DNA from: a virus
Lineage: Duplodnaviria; Caudoviricetes
DNA: 35,540 nt
Virus record (IMG/VR): IMGVR_UViG_3300031716_000030
Span: 1 to 35,540 of that record
Direction: 5' to 3' (one strand)
Part shown: one piece after another, positions 34,640 to 35,540 of the stretch
Layout: each line of letters starts with the position of its first letter
How positions within the stretch are numbered: the first letter of the stretch is position 1
Notes under the pieces: model-generated
Seen by the model: the letters and a program-made list of their open reading frames with translations, nothing else
Told to the model about the DNA's origin: nothing
Database searches by the model: none
Program-made: the position numbers and the translations under genes

Positions 34640-35540
34640 GTTTCTACCGCCGGGAGGTATTCCCGGTAGTCTTTGAACTCAAGCGAACCGTCAGCCTTTC
34701 GCCACGTAGACGCCATGGCTGCGTGAACATCGCGTGATGCCATGCCGTTGTAGGCACTGGGATCGATGCGGATATGATAGAGCTTCGTGGTGCCATCAGG
34801 CTCTGGCGTCGAGTTACGGCACTCGATCATCACGATAGGTTCATCTTCCGGAATCTCGCGATATAGTAGACGGGAGCCGCGCAATCCCTTGACCTTGTGA
34901 CGCGAATTGCCACGGTGGACAACCTTGGCTCCAGCGCCGACCAGATATGCGGCGAGGCCACCTGGGAACCGTTCCAGCATAACACGACGCACCTCGGCGT
35001 TGCGTTCGGCGTCAACGGCTTGGACGGTGATCTGTTCGGGATTCATGATGACGAACTCGGGGACTCGCACGCCATGGACGGCATAGATGCTCCAGCCATC
35101 AGGATACCGTACAGCCGGACCCGTGACTGAATGAAGGCGATGGAGTTCGTCCTGGTTGACGATCTCATGACGTTCGGAAATCCAGCAGACCTTCTCATGA
35201 GGAATGGCCCACCCCGCCGAATTGGCAAGAGCTGTCAGACCCGACAACTTCTCGGTCTCTGCCGATAATCCCGTCACCTCACGGAAGAACTCGTAGAATG
35301 CCAACCAGTTGGCGTCGTGTTGCCCATACATGGAGTCCCACACGGAGGCCCCCGCGGAGTCCCCCACGGAGGCCCCCACGGAGTCCCCCACGGAGGCCCC
35401 CACGGAGTCCCACACGGAGTCCCGCACGGAGGCCCGCACGGAGTCCCGCACGGAGGCCCCCACGGAGTCCCACACGGAGTCCCGCACGGAGGCCCGCACG
35501 GAGTCCCGCACGGAGTCCCCCACGGAGGCCCGCACGGAGT
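34636..35540 (-). CDS. C-terminal part of DUF6745-like repeat protein
   Basis: [60 protein letters not shown]. Confidence 0.85.
   Translation of the reverse strand, partial: SVRASVGDSVRDSVRASVRDSVWDSVGASVRDSVRASVRDSVWDSVGASVGDSVGASVGDSAGASVWDSMYGQHDANWLAFYEFFREVTGLSAETEKLSGLTALANSAGWAIPHEKVCWISERHEIVNQDELHRLHSVTGPAVRYPDGWSIYAVHGVRVPEFVIMNPEQITVQAVDAERNAEVRRVMLERFPGGLAAYLVGAGAKVVHRGNSRHKVKGLRGSRLLYREIPEDEPIVMIECRNSTPEPDGTTKLYHIRIDPSAYNGMASRDVHAAMASTWRKADGSLEFKDYREYLPAVET
35333..35540 (-). repeat. 12-bp tandem repeat SV[RWG][DA]
   Basis: About 17 units; last 36 nt match positions 3-38. Confidence 0.95.

Noticed and set aside
1-35540. Stop-codon reassignment
   Set aside because: TAA, TAG and TGA all end tightly packed genes and conserved proteins are intact in the standard code

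Overview
Apparently near-complete, circularly permuted genome of a small tailed dsDNA phage with a podovirus-like virion module. Essentially all genes are on the - strand and no integrase is seen. The contig breaks inside a 12-bp tandem repeat of a DUF6745-like gene that wraps from 441 through position 1 to 34636. In transcription order: (1) early region with two duplicated sigma70 promoters, small ORFs, two type-P1 twister self-cleaving ribozymes, a ~750-nt structured non-coding block and two tRNA-like elements; (2) recombination and accessory genes; (3) replication genes (initiator with iterons, DnaC-like loader) and a C5 methyltransferase split over two fully overlapping frames; (4) terminase, then a late promoter, three paralogous virion genes, portal, scaffold, capsid, adaptor, nozzle, ejection proteins and holin-like genes. 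The most unusual aspect is the RNA layer: paired twisters, the large ncRNA with tRNA mimics, and several C4/CI-like leader switches. All protein calls and RNA folds are by-eye motif recognition, not database results.
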